From: the human T2T-CHM13v2.0 reference genome, Homo sapiens
Assembly (NCBI RefSeq): GCF_009914755.1
Contig: NC_060934.1
Length of the DNA: 64,000 nt
Reading direction: 5' to 3' (one strand)
How positions within the stretch are numbered: the stretch's first letter is position 1; each line of letters starts with the position of its first letter. Made by a program: the position numbers and the translations under genes. The notes below the pieces were generated by a model. The model was given only the letters and a program-made list of their open reading frames with translations, searched no databases and was not told the origin of the DNA. This document shows, in pieces, positions 20,143-37,310 of the stretch.

Positions 20143-22330
20143 CTCAGTACGACATACTACCTTTGAGACTTTTAGCTTCTCCAGAGCCCTCCCTTTATTT
20201 AATACGTGAAGAGCCTGTAAAATTGGGAGGTATTTCCATACATCAGATTACTTTACTGTGCCACTATTTTCATAAGTCGTTTGGTAGAAAGTGGTGACAC
20301 TCATGTGCCTATATTAAGCACGAGGCCAATATTTTCACTAAATGTCATTTAGGAAACCCATATCAGCTACTACCTCACTGAGGCATAGAACACCACTGGT
20401 GACACTCTAGGGAGTCAGAAAATATTAAATCATCCCCCAAGCCAGTAGTTCTCAGATGTCTAGAATTCCAAGACTAATAAAACCTTCTAAGACATTTTGG
20501 GGAAAGACATAAGGTTGCCACTTTGATACTTTGCCAAGTGAAGACATTAAACTTTTCAAACTACCATCTATAATACTAGCATCATCATTTTATTAAAAAA
20601 AAAAAAGGATATTTTAAACCCACCTGCCTCCACCCCTGCAAAAAAAAAAAAAAAGGACATAATCACAGAATAAAGAATAATCCTTAATCTGATCAATTCA
20701 GTGCTACCAAAATTCACTATATTGTCCTTGTTTTTCTCATTTTGTGGTAGACAGGTCTAAGCATCATCATGAACTGACTTTGGGTCTGCCCATAGAGGCT
20801 GGCACCATCATCTTACAAAGAAGGTGATGATTCATCAGGCACATCTTTATGTTAGCCAGAGTTACCGTGATGGAGTCTGCAGGCAAAGATGGAAGGGATT
20901 AGGCCCCTCTGTCTAACAAAAGCATGGAAAGTGGCTCCTCCTCATTAAGGCAGAAGCTCTGATGCATGTGGAAGGCTATGAATTTGGGACTGGTAGAAAG
21001 GCATTCTGGCTGAGCAGAAACAACGGATTAACAGAGACTAAAGGACTGAAGTATTTGGTGGAGGATGTTCAAGGTCTATGGCCTGATGATGAGACAGCTA
21101 TGCTGTATTGGAAAGACCTTGGTTCAAGTTTCAGCTCTGTTTTGTGTCCTTGGAGAAGTCACTGAATGTCTCCGAACCTCTTTTCTCATTCACAAAATGC
21201 CATCAGATGAGGTAGATAAGAAGAGGATGTACAAAAAATGCTTTGTAAATTAAAAAAAATGATAAGAATTATTATTGTTGAGTTGTTTTGTTTTTTTGTT
21301 TTTTCAAGACAGCATCTGGCTCTGTCACCTAGGCTGATGTTCAGTGGCATGATCATAGTTCACTTCAGCCTTTAACTCTTAGGCTCAAGTGATCCTGCCA
21401 AGTAGCTATGACTACAGGCACATGTCACTACACTTGGCTAATTTTTAAAATTTTTTTTATTTCTTTAGAGACAGGATCTTCCTATGTTGCCCAAGCTGGT
21501 CTTGAACTCCTGGCCTCAAGTGATCCTCCACTCCTTGGCCTCCCAAAGTGCAGGGATTACAGGTGTGAGTCACCATGCCTGGCTGTTTCTTCCTTGTTTG
21601 TTTTGTTCTGTTTTGTTTGTTTTGTTCTGTTTTGTTTTGTTTTGCTTTTATGATAAAGACTTTAAAACAAGTATATGTGTTACAATTCTGGAGGCACAAG
21701 GATTTCATTTTGGAGCACTATTTAGATTTCATACAAGTTGGAAAACAAAGCAGTGGCCTTTGGAGATTTCATTCTTAGGCATGTGGGTAGAATACAGCTC
21801 CTCTCTGTTTTAAGTCAGTGCCAGTTCCAGGCTTCCTGGCCCTATCTAAGGGGTTGGTGCCTGGGAAAAGGCTGCAGTAAAGGTCAGAGGTGACCTTGCA
21901 CAAGGGTAATGAGTCAGTGTGTGTGCATCCTTCATGCTCATGACAGTAGCACAAGCTTTTAAGAGGAGCAGTACTACCCTTATGGCCAGATGAGAAGGGC
22001 CACTGCCTAAGCCTGCTCTGGAGAGGGTCCTGCATATCACAAACACATTTACAAAAAAAATATTAAAGAGCACAAAAGTTCGTCCATCATTTGGGAGGGC
22101 TTGGGTCTGCCAGTACAACACGACCTGGCCATACTGTTTAGTCCCCAGGGAAATTCTTCTCCATATTTCTTGTCCAATGTTCTCAAAACAAAAGGGACTG
22201 CAGGTGACTGCTCCCGATGTTGGCAACTGAATTACTCCAGAGCATGATGAACTTGGTCGGCAGAAATCCTTGGGAATGAGAAAGGGTAAACTTGTCATGT
22301 CCTTCCTCTCTGATACTAGGAATGCAGTAG

Positions 22331-23185
<855 letters not shown>

Positions 23186-23765
23186 GCAGAAAGTTTAATA
23201 TTTCATTTTCCATCAAAATTCCTTCAGATGGAGAAACTAGACATTTTTATATGCTAAGCACAAAGCCAAAGTTCTGCAGCTACTCTCATGTTTCACAACT
23301 ATCTTCATGATTAGCTTTGGCCAGTGAAGAGACTTGTGAAAGGACACATTTAGGTTCTCTATTAAAGGAAAATGACTATCACTTGTGCATAAAAGGATCA
23401 CATGAATCACTGGAACTGCAAAAAAAAAAAAAAAAAAAGCTGAATAAACAGCAATTGACAGTATTCCACAATAACAACTAAAAGCCAATATAAAAAACAT
23501 TGATATAATATTCCTAAAATAATAATAAATGTTCAATACTTAGCCAAACACAATGGCACTTTTCATGGTATTAACAGCACAATATTTACAGAAATAATGG
23601 GAAATTTCTAGATTTAGTAAAAATGGTTTCAAAAGCTAAAACTAGAACAGCCAAACATGGAAGATAGTTAAGAAATAATAAAAGATTACCATGTGGATGA
23701 AGAAGTCAAAATGAAACTATTAATTTAATGGACAATAAAGTAGGAGAAAAAAACATATAATTTTA

Positions 23766-25165
23766 TTTATTTTTGTTTAACTTTTATTTTAGGTTTGCCG
23801 GTACATGTGCAGGTTCGTTATATAGGTAAACTTGTGTCATAAGGGCTTGTTGTGTGGATTATTTAGTCACCCAGGTGCTAAGCCTAGTACCCAATAGTTC
23901 TGCTCCCCTTCCTCCTCCCACTCTCCACCCTCAAAAAGGCCTCAGTTTCTGTTGTTCCCCTATTTGTGTTCATGTGTTCTCATCGCTCAGCTCCCATTTA
24001 TAAGTGAGAACATGTAGTTTTGCTTTTCTGTTCCTTGTGGGCGAAAGATTACCTAGGTGCCGAGGCAAAAGACTGAAGGCACAAACTGTTTCAGTATAAT
24101 AAAGAAAATAGTTAGAATAAAAATAGTCATAATACAAATTAGATATAGAGATGATCATGGATAATTATCAATCATTATTATAAGCATTATTAATCATTAG
24201 TTCTTAATATTACTCTTTGTTGTATTACTAATATAACCTAGGAATAACCGGCGGGTGTAGGGTCAGGTGCTGAAGGGACATCGTGAGAAGTGACCTAGAA
24301 GGCAAGAGGTTAGCCCTCTGTCACACCCGCATAAGGGCCGCTTGAAGGCTCCTTGGTCAAGTGGTAATGCCAGTGTCTGGGAAGACACCCATTACTTAGG
24401 CGACCGCGAAAGGGAGTCTCGTTTCCTTGGAGGAGTCAGGGAACATTCTGCTCCACCCGCTTCTTGTGGAAGGCTGAATATTATCCAGGCCTGCCCGCAG
24501 TCATCCGGAGGCCTAAACCCCTCCCTGTGGTGCTGTGCTTCAATGCGCACGCTCCTGGTCCACTTTCATGTTCCTCCTGTACTCCCGGTTCCTCTTTGAA
24601 GTTCGTAGTAGATGGCGGTCGAAGAAATAGTGAAAGTCTTAAAGTCTTTGATCTTTCTTATAAGTGCATAGAAGAAAATGCTGACGTATGCTGCCTTCTC
24701 TCTCTCCTTCAGCTACATAAAAGGGAAAGCACCCCTGTCCTATGATCATGTGACTTGCTTCACCTTCTCAATCACTTATAAGATTAGTCCTCCTTACGCT
24801 GCCCCCTTTGTCTTATATACAATAAATATCAGCGCGCCCAGCCGTTCGGGGCCACTACCGGTCTCCACATCTTGGTGGTAGTGGTCCCCGGGGCCCAGCT
24901 GTTTTCTCTTTATCTCTTTGTCTTATGTCTTTATTTATTACAATCTCTCGTCTCTGCACACGGGGAGAACACCTGCTGAGCCCCATAGAGCTGGACGCTA
25001 CAGTTCCTGCGTTAGTTCACTAGAATAATGGCCTCCAGCTCCATCCATGTCCCTGAAAAAGACATGATCTCATTCTTTTTATGGCTGTATAGTATTCCAT
25101 GGTGTATATGTACCACATTTTCTTTGTTTAATCTGTCATTGATGGGCATTTAGGTTGAAAATCAT
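23766..25165 (-). mobile_element. 5'-truncated L1PA (old primate) 3' end, split by the LTR13
   Basis: L1 3'UTR hallmarks on both sides of the LTR; TSD ACATATAATTTTA at 23753-23765 and 25166-25178. Confidence 0.85.
24036..25002 (+). mobile_element. Solo ERVK LTR, LTR13 family (967 bp)
   Basis: TGTGGGCGAAAGATTACCTAGGTGCCGAGGC start and ...CTACA end, internal AATAAA, 6-bp TSD GTTCCT at 24030-24035 and 25003-25008. Confidence 0.85.
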
Positions 25166-25504
25166 ACATATAATTTTAGAAAGTGATAGTTCAACTAGTT
25201 TGTAACAAGAACAAAAGGCATGTTGAACAACTAACACTTATTCTTTGTATGTTGAACTGGCAGAAGAAAACAAGAAAATCAAAATTGGTGTTTCATTAGT
25301 TTCATGCCTATGGTAAAAAGTACAGGTTTTAACTCAAAACCTGTTGCCTAAAGAATTGAAAAAAGAAGCAAACCTTTTAGTTGTAGGCACTGATTTAGAA
25401 CATTGCTGAGGGCAGGCTTATAATGGTGCTAACACCTTTGGTAAAGAGAAAAATGTACATCCAGACTTTTGGCCAAAAATCCAGAAGCATTCTTTGTGCT
25501 CTAC

Positions 25505-26468
<964 letters not shown>

Positions 26469-26666
26469 TGCATAGTTTGAATTTATTTCAGGAGACATGG
26501 CCTCAGCTGTGTCAATAGCCATGCAATTCTTTGGAATAATTCAAAGGTTGCATGCAATATTTTCTGGATCTGGCTGGGGATGTCACATCTTGATGAAATA
26601 TGTATCAAAACTGACCTTACAGCCACTTTCATGCACACAACATTAGTGCCTTTTAAATGCTGCTAA

Positions 26667-26785
26667 AGCACCCCTTCCGCCTTGTGAAGTTACAATGAGA
26701 AGAGAGCCATCTATAAGGATGCAGGCCCTCACGAGACACTGAATCTGCCAGTGCCTTGATCTTGGACTTCCCAGCCACCAGAACT
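26667..26785 (+). mobile_element. MaLR LTR (MLT1A-like) segment ending at the LTR splice-donor position
   Basis: ...gccctcacgagacactgaatctgccagtgccttgatcttggacttcccagccaccagaact resembles the MLT1A/MST consensus, which normally continues GTGAGAAATAAA. Confidence 0.8.
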
Positions 26786-26981
26786 GTTGAACAAATCCTG
26801 GCAGAATTTAAGTTCAGAGCTGTGGAATGCCACCCCAACAAGCATCTGAAAATTCCAAAGCAATGGAGACTGTTCAGAAACCGCAGAAGGCAAAGGAGAT
26901 TCTGACCAATGAAGAGAGTTGTGCCCACTATCATCACCGGTGAAGGAGCCAGATATTGATGCCAGTCCTGCAGTGGGAAGC
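26786..26981 (+). pseudogene. Processed pseudogene fragment of DNAJC12 (exons 2-3, J-domain part), interrupted by a THE1 LTR
   Basis: Translates as VEQILAEFKFRAVECHPNKH(-1 frameshift)ENSKAMETVQKPQKAKEILTNEESCAHYHHR*RSQILMPVLQWEA, against recalled DNAJC12 VEQILAEFKVRALECHPDKHPENPKAVETFQKLQKAKEILTNEESRARYDHWRRSQMSMPFQQWEA. No intron at the exon 2/3 junction, HPD changed to HPN, stop at 26941. Confidence 0.88.
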
Positions 26982-27334
26982 TGATACGATTTGGCTCTGT
27001 GTTCTCATCCAAATCTCATCTTGAACTGTACTCCTCTAATTCCCACTTGTTGTGGGAGGGACCTGGTGAGAGATAATTTGAATCATGGAGGCAGTTTCCC
27101 CTATTGTTCTTGTGGTAGCGAATAAGTCTCACGAGATCTGATGGGTTTATCAGGGGTTTCCGCTTTTGGATCTTCCTCATTTTCTCTTGCTGCTGCCATG
27201 TAAGAAGTGCCTTTTGCCTCCCGCCATGATTCTGAGGCCTCGGCAGCCATATGGAACTGTAAGTCCAATTAAACCTCTTTTTCTTCCCAGTCTCTGGTAT
27301 GTCTTTATCAGCAGCATGAAAACAGACTAATACA
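26982..27334 (+). mobile_element. THE1 (THE1A/B-like) solo LTR
   Basis: TG...CA termini (tgatacgatttggct...gactaataca) and a 5-bp TSD GAAGC at 26977-26981 and 27335-27339. Confidence 0.92.
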
Positions 27335-27339
27335 GAAGC

Positions 27340-27430
27340 TTGCAGTGAGCAGAGATTGTGCCACTGCACTCCAGCCTGGGCGACAGAGCAAGATTCCATT
27401 TCAAAAAAAAAAAAAGAAAAGAAAAAAAAA
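27340..27430 (+). mobile_element. Alu 3'-end fragment with A-rich tail
   Basis: ttgcagtgagcagagattgtgccactgcactccagcctgggcgacagagcaag, then A-rich and (GGA)n tail. Confidence 0.9.
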
Positions 27431-28731
27431 GAAGAAGGAGGAGGAGGAGGAGGAGAAAGGAGAGTAAATAGCTGCCTCTAAATGCTGATAACTATTTTTA
27501 TCCTGTAAAATAGCCAAGGAATACCTACCCATCGTTAAGCATCAACTTTGACATCTCACCCTTGTGGGGATTCCACACTGGCAGTGTTTCTTTCATCTCT
27601 CTCTGCACATCTTAAAATCAAGGCACAAGGGCCTTATCCCTGTCTTGATTCGGAGGATAATCTTTCTCATTGTAATCATTGTGCACGGGAACAAAGAACA
27701 TACGGATCAAAGGTTTGGGGTCTTCAGCCCTACCACGATCACATGACCACCCAGCTCAAAGGCAGCAACTATCAACTGAAGTGTTGTTTCCAAGCTTCCG
27801 GTCTTTTACAGAGAGTCCCCGTGGCTACCTAGAAAGAGCCCCCCAAGGCCATTTACGTTGTTTTTCACTGTATTGTCAATGTTTCTTTGGGAGAGTCTGT
27901 ACTTAGCCATTTTATGTTGTACGCCTTAATGAAAGCATTCTTTTTTTCCTCTCTGTCTCTGAAACATACAACTTTGCATCCCTCCAGCCCCCCAATTTAC
28001 CTAGGTTTTCCATTGGAACGTTAGAGTCAGGTTGCCTAGTTCTCACACTCTCAAAATCCTATTGCTATTGTTTTATTGTAACCATATTTAATTGTATACA
28101 TTCATCCAGAGGGAATTGACACTTATTTAAACACTAAGGTTTCTTATCTAATAATCATAATAAATCCATGTTTTCATTTATTTGAATCTTTTTTTCTGCT
28201 CTCAGAAGTATTTCTGTGTTCTTCATATACCTCATGCATATTTCTTGTTGAGTGATTCAGTATATTTTACCTTGTGTGGCTATTATTAATGATATATTTC
28301 ATTATATTTTAAACTACTTGTCTGTATATGACAACCGCTCAGTAATTTTAATATGGCCAAAGTAGGCATCTTGCTTTAAAAGGGAGAGGAGGACTGTGGC
28401 CTGCTTTCATGGCTGCTTTTAAATTTTGTAATGGGGAAAAGTTTGAATGTGGTGAACCAGAGGTCACAAGAGGGACAAAACTCGGGGTAAGTTCACCAAA
28501 GCCCTGCAGCTGTAAGCATTACAGCTTCTTTAGCCAGGAACGAAAGAAAATTGTTCTTTGAAGTTATAAGAAAGCCATGGACCTGGGAGGTCAGCTGTGG
28601 TCCCCTCGCCTGCGAGACCACATATGAACTCCTGGACAGATGCAGTCTCATCTCCTTTCAAGTCCTACACATGGAAGGAGGTCTTACAAGCCCACATGCT
28701 TCCACATTAGGGATAGGAGTACTGTGTATAG

Positions 28732-28968
<237 letters not shown>

Positions 28969-29496
28969 TAGCCAGGATGGTCTTGATCTCCTGACCTCAT
29001 GATCTGCCCGCCTCGGTCTCCCAAAGTGCTGGGATTACAGGCTTGAGCCACCGCACCCAGCTGCTTCTTTCTTTTTATGCTGCCCCCAGCTGAGATGGAG
29101 AGTTGCTGATCACCATTTTGCATATGTGCTCTTTAAGACTGAAAATTACCTTTAGATGTCTTTATTGGTATACTAAAGGAAATTGGAGCCCTAACGATGT
29201 ATTTATTACATGCTTACAACATGCCAGACATTGAGCTTTACATGAGCATCTCTTTTAATCCTCTCAACAACTCTACGTTACAGATAAGAAAACTGAGGCT
29301 CAAAAAGATGAAATGAATTGTCCAAGGTCACAGAGCTGGGTAGTGGTAATACCAAGATTTGAACTCAGGCATGTTGGTCTCCATCACGCATACTCTTAGT
29401 AGAATTTGCCTATAATCATTTTTATGATAATGGGAGGAAAAAACACCCAAATAATGCCCCAGCCAAACCAAAGCTTTAGTCTGTTTTTAATAATTT

Positions 29497-29940
29497 GTGG
29501 TAGCTATGGGGAGTGCGCTGGGGAGTACACTGCTCAAATCTCCCTTTGAGCGAGTGCCTCTGTGAGGAGTGTAGCTAGCTGACCATGTCCGGCAGCAGCA
29601 ACTTCAGAATCCACCACAGTATTCTCACCAAGAGCATAGTCTCTTTGGGACACTCCCAGCCAATGACTGTGCTCATGGGAGATCTAGAACCAGGTCATTC
29701 CTGTCCAATGAGGCCTGTCCAATGTGAGCCTCCTCCAGTGAGCAGTCTCTGTTCTGGGTGTCCCCACTAGCACAGCTGAGATTTTCTGAGCTGCACAGAG
29801 CTAAGTTTCTTCCTACCCTATCCTCCTTCCTCCTACTTGCCCTGCACCTGACTCAGGTTCTCTCCCTCTTCCCTTTCCCCCCTACATTCATTTCCCCCTG
29901 TACCTCCTGCCAGCTGATTCCTAGAGGGCCCACTGCGATA
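29497..29940 (+). mobile_element. ERVL LTR16-like fragment
   Basis: tgtggtagct start and general resemblance to the recalled LTR16 consensus. Confidence 0.5.
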
Positions 29941-30354
29941 TACCTTTCCTCAAAGACATTACATCTTTGTGGCTTTCCTATGAATACTCTTCAGAGTTTC
30001 TATATTTCTCTTTGCCCTAGAATGGGACATAATGCTATAGTCTGACCAGAAATGAGCAGCAGTGATACTGGTCCAGTGTCATATTCATGCTATGGGCCAT
30101 GGGCACACCCTCTGGTCCAGTCCTCAACAGATCAGCCAAACCTGTACATACTCAGTTGTAAAGTATTCATTTGTCATCTGAGTTGCACTGTTAATATTCT
30201 TCACTTATTACTCCTGTTCCCTTCCCTGGACAGGACACAAAGAACAGGGTCTCATATGTCTATATTTCTGTCAATCCTGAATAACCAACATTACTTTTAT
30301 TAATGTATTTTATTGAGCCTGAGACTCTATCAGTTATAATACATGCCATTTTTA

Positions 30355-30712
<358 letters not shown>

Positions 30713-31174
30713 TTATAAGATGACATCAGATGTAAATGTGAGGGAGAAAACATGTGCCGAATAGTCTTTGTTCCTACAGATGCACTCTCCACCCTTCTCC
30801 ATCTACCCTGCTCTGGGCCCAGAAGGTTGACCACTAAGCACTGTAGCACCCAGATGCCCTTGTCTCTGGCTTCTAATCAGGTTCAGTCCATGGAAAGGGG
30901 AAACAGAAGGTCGGAGGGTAGCTGGAGAGAGAGCTTAAGGTATTTATTCTCTTGGGTCCCTCCCTATAGACCAAGGTTTTGACAATGGTTACATTTTAGG
31001 TACCTAAGACTATAGTTCCTGTTGAGAGACCCTTTCCCCCACAGTTCTGAGTTCGATCTCTCTCTCTTTCTCTGGGTTCTGGAAGCCACTCCTGCCCTTC
31101 CCGCTTTGGGTCCAGGGCTGATAATATCATCTCCCTATTACAGTCCGAGGTGTCCCACTGTGACTTATTAGCCC

Positions 31175-31610
31175 CTGAATTAGTTTCCTAGGGCTGCCTT
31201 AACAAAGTACCACAATCCACATGGCTTAAACCAAGGGAAATTTATCCTCTCACAGTTCTGGAGGTTAGAAGCCTGGAATCAAGCTGCCAGCAAGGCCATG
31301 CTCTCTCTGCATGAAGACTAGGGAAGACTCCTTCCTAAGACTATTCTGGTCCTGGTGGTTGCTGGCAATTTGTGGCATTAATCAGCTTGTAGATACATAA
31401 TTGCAGTATCTGCCTCCTTCTTCACGTGGCCTTCCCCCTCTGTGTCTTTTCTCTTCTTATAAGGACTCCAGTCAAAAATGGATTTGGGGCTTACCCTGCT
31501 TTAGTATGACCTGATCTTAATTAATTACAAAGACCCTATTTCAATATAAGGTCACATTTTGGGGTTCTGAGAAGGATGTGGATCTTTGGAGGCCTATTCA
31601 CCCCAGTACA
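31175..31610 (-). mobile_element. MLT1 (MLT1C-like) LTR within an older LTR33-like sequence
   Basis: ttagtttcctagggctgccttaacaaagtaccac...tcacagttctggagg. Confidence 0.7.
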
Positions 31611-31816
31611 GTCCCTTATTCTATACTCTTGTAAATAGTTTCTTCATTAAACTCCAGTTACCCCCTTCTGAGTGTGCAGTATGGGGACACTGATGATACA
31701 AAGTATACCTTAGAATCAATAAATACAGTATTTTTGACTAACAGGAACTGCACTAGAATCTTATATTAGTTAAGGTAAATGATAATCTCAGAATACAGGG
31801 GCTTAAATAAGAAATA

Positions 31817-32470
31817 CAGTTGAATCTCACTATTTGCAGTAGTGATGTTCTGTAAAGTCAGTGTGAACACTGACTTAGCAAATACAGAACCACTGCTCCT
31901 GGGGAATATACAAGATTAGGTTCCTATGAGCCTTTGGTCACAACATTTTTCATCAACCATTCAATCACAATTTGTTTTATGGGTTTTTCTGTTTAAGGAC
32001 ACCTTACTTAATATATACTGTTGACTCGTTAACGTTGAACACTGTGACTCATGCCTGTGACTCATGCCTGAAGGAAGTTTAGCAACACATGTATTTTCTC
32101 TTTAAAGCACATCACAGTTTCCTGTGCTTAGGAACACAAGATAACACTTTAGCACTGTGTTTGGGGGCCATTTTAAACTGAGAAATTACTAACAAAGAGC
32201 ACAAAAGTGCAAAAAATGTGGCTCTAAATAAACCATGATAAAGAGACTTATTTACAGTATTAGAACTGAAGCAAAAAGGCAGAGTGATGCCTTCTTTGAC
32301 CTCAGCTGGGAACAAGCATGTTGGATGACAAATTTTTCACCACTCTCTGCAGGTGTGTATCCACCAATAATTGCAAAGGCACAATGAGTATTGCTTTTGG
32401 AGTTACCAATAAATTTTAGCAAGTAGGGAAAATCACAAATACAGAATCCACAAATAATGAGTATTTATTG
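31817..32470. mobile_element. MER82-like Tigger DNA transposon
   Basis: Inverted termini cagttgaatctcactatttgcag / ccacaaataatgagtatttattg. Confidence 0.7.
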
Positions 32471-33005
32471 TACATTTTGTTTTTCTCTCATATAAAGGTC
32501 TAGCCTATGCAGAGTGGTGAGGCAGTTTTCCACCAGGTTGTTCAGGAACTCAGATTCCTTCCATCTTGTTACACTGTCATCCTCTAGGGTAATGTATTCC
32601 TCTGCATGGTTAAAGTTGAATTGCAAGAGCATCTAAGTCCCACCTCTTAGAGAGGAGAAAGGAAAGTTCAAGGCAAGCAATATCTTTTAAAGCACATTGA
32701 AATTGAAGTTGCATTTGGAAAAAATTTGGTCATTTTTATCACACCTCTCTGCAAGAAAGGCTAGAAAATGTATCTGGCTAGGTGGCATGCACTCAGGGAA
32801 AAAAAGGTGAGACTAGATTTGGGGTGAATAACTGGCAGTTTACCACCAAGAGCCGTGAAGAAACTCTCATCCTGAAACGCCTGCAATGCTGTATCGTAGA
32901 AAGCCTGGGGAGAGCTGGCTTCTGTTCTAGCTCTGCCACTACCTTCTCTAATATGTGCATTTAATGCTCTATATTTATCTCTAAGTAATGCTTTAGCTAC
33001 AATAG

Positions 33006-34590
<1,585 letters not shown>

Positions 34591-35369
34591 ATTCTATTTT
34601 CTTTTGTCCTTTTTTTTTTTTTTTTAATGCACTAAATGGATTTCATGACCTCATTGGCTGGGCATCTCATTGTGAAAACACTATAGTATTTCAAAGAAAA
34701 GTGGCATCTCATAGAAAACAATGAAATCCTACCTAAAAAAGAGAATCTTAAAACTTCTAGGCAGAAGAATAATTTTTCAGTGCAAAATATTTTCTGATTT
34801 CCCTTATGACTTCCTCTCTGACCCATGGGTTATCTAGAAGTATGTTGATTTCTAAATATTTGGAAAACTTCCAAATCTCTTTCTTTCATTGATTCCTAAC
34901 TTAAATCCTTTATGGTCAGAGAACATACTTTGTATTATTTAAATTATTTTAAATATGTTGCAATTCATTTTATGGTCCAGAATATGGCCCATATTGGTGA
35001 ATGTCCCGTGCATATTTGAAAATGTGTAGTCTGCTGTTCTGCTGTTATAGGATACAGTATTCCAGAAAGGTCAATTAGGTCAAGTTTGTTGATAGTATTG
35101 TTCAGGTCTTTTATATTCTTACCGATTTTCTATCTTCTTTTTCTATTTATTACTGAAAGAGAAACGTTGAAGTCTCCACATAAAATAGCGAATTTATCTA
35201 TTCCTCCTTTCGATTCTATTGGTTTTTGCTTCATGTATTTTGTTGCACTGTTAGGTACACTCACATTTAGGATTGTTGTCTTTTTTGTGAGTTGATCCTT
35301 CTCTCGTTATATAATGTCCCTCTTTATCCTTTTCCTTTGTTTTGGAGTTTACGTTGTTGGATGTAGCCA

Positions 35370-36121
<752 letters not shown>

Positions 36122-37026
36122 TCAGGTTGGCCTGACTCCCTGCTGCTTCTAGCTTGACCTCTTCTGGGACTCTTGTTTTGGCCTTGAACCTTGTCCTGTT
36201 GAATAGCAAGATTGGAACTTACCCAGGGTTTTCTTTCAATCAGCAGAATGTGGAAAACTAAGATACATCTTTCAGATGATAGTGTACCCACCATGCTTAC
36301 AAGCAATTCACAGGCCCTGCGCATAATCAAAGAAAGGGGAATACACAGAGGTGAGAATACCAGGAGGTAGGGATCATGTAAGTAACTATATTATATACTT
36401 ATAGTCTGCCACCATATGTAACTTGTAGAGTTGAGAATAATAAAGTAATGATTTACTCTTATTTGAAGAATTAGAATTTAACTGATTATGAACAAATTTT
36501 GTGTTGAGATCATAGGTGTTTAGGGTGCAAGGACTATGAAGTTGTTGTTTTAATATAGTATGCAATGGTATGCTTCAAATGGAGGACCAAAATATTCAGA
36601 ATAAAGCGATCTCACCTTGTTAAGGGAATGACCATGAGGATTTAACTTCAAGTTCCCAAATAAGTGGTTGCAACACACACACACATATATACATACACAC
36701 ACATTTATATATATAATGGAAAAACATATATATAGTTGCCCCTCCACATCCGTGGGCTCTGCATCCACAGATTCAACAATGGATGGGAGGAAGGTGGGGA
36801 GGAAGGGAAAAAGAAAGAGAACCAGGGTGCAAATCAAATAGAACAATGATAAGGCCAGGTGGCTGCCAGTTTGTGACTCTTGCTTTATGTCAACTTCTTA
36901 GTTTCTGTCTTTTCCCAGCAATTCAAGATGTGTTTAAGAACTTAATTCAAGGTGTACTTGGAAGTAGATCAAATGCAGGTAGAATTTCCATTGCCTTGCC
37001 ACTTCTTTAAATCTAACCATACAGTT

Positions 37027-37032
37027 TTTATT
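37027..37032 (-). terminator. Candidate FGFBP3 polyadenylation signal AATAAA
   Basis: TTTATT on the plus strand ~1.27 kb downstream of the stop. A more distal end is possible. Confidence 0.4.
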
Positions 37033-37310
37033 GAGCACCTAACATACACACACAGTCTCTCATTACATCACACTAAAAATGAAATATATTAATAATTAGT
37101 TACATGAAACAGAGAGATACAACTTCCATAATGGTCAAAATGACTCTGAGATACATACTTACATTTTAGCTGTTTAAAAAAAAAAATCAGATATAAAGAG
37201 AATCACTGTTTACTGGAGCACTCAACATCTATAATTCCTTCTAAATGCAGAAGGTTAATGGGAAAGTTCCAGAACATTAGTCACCATTTCGTTAAAAAGT
37301 AGCACTTCTA

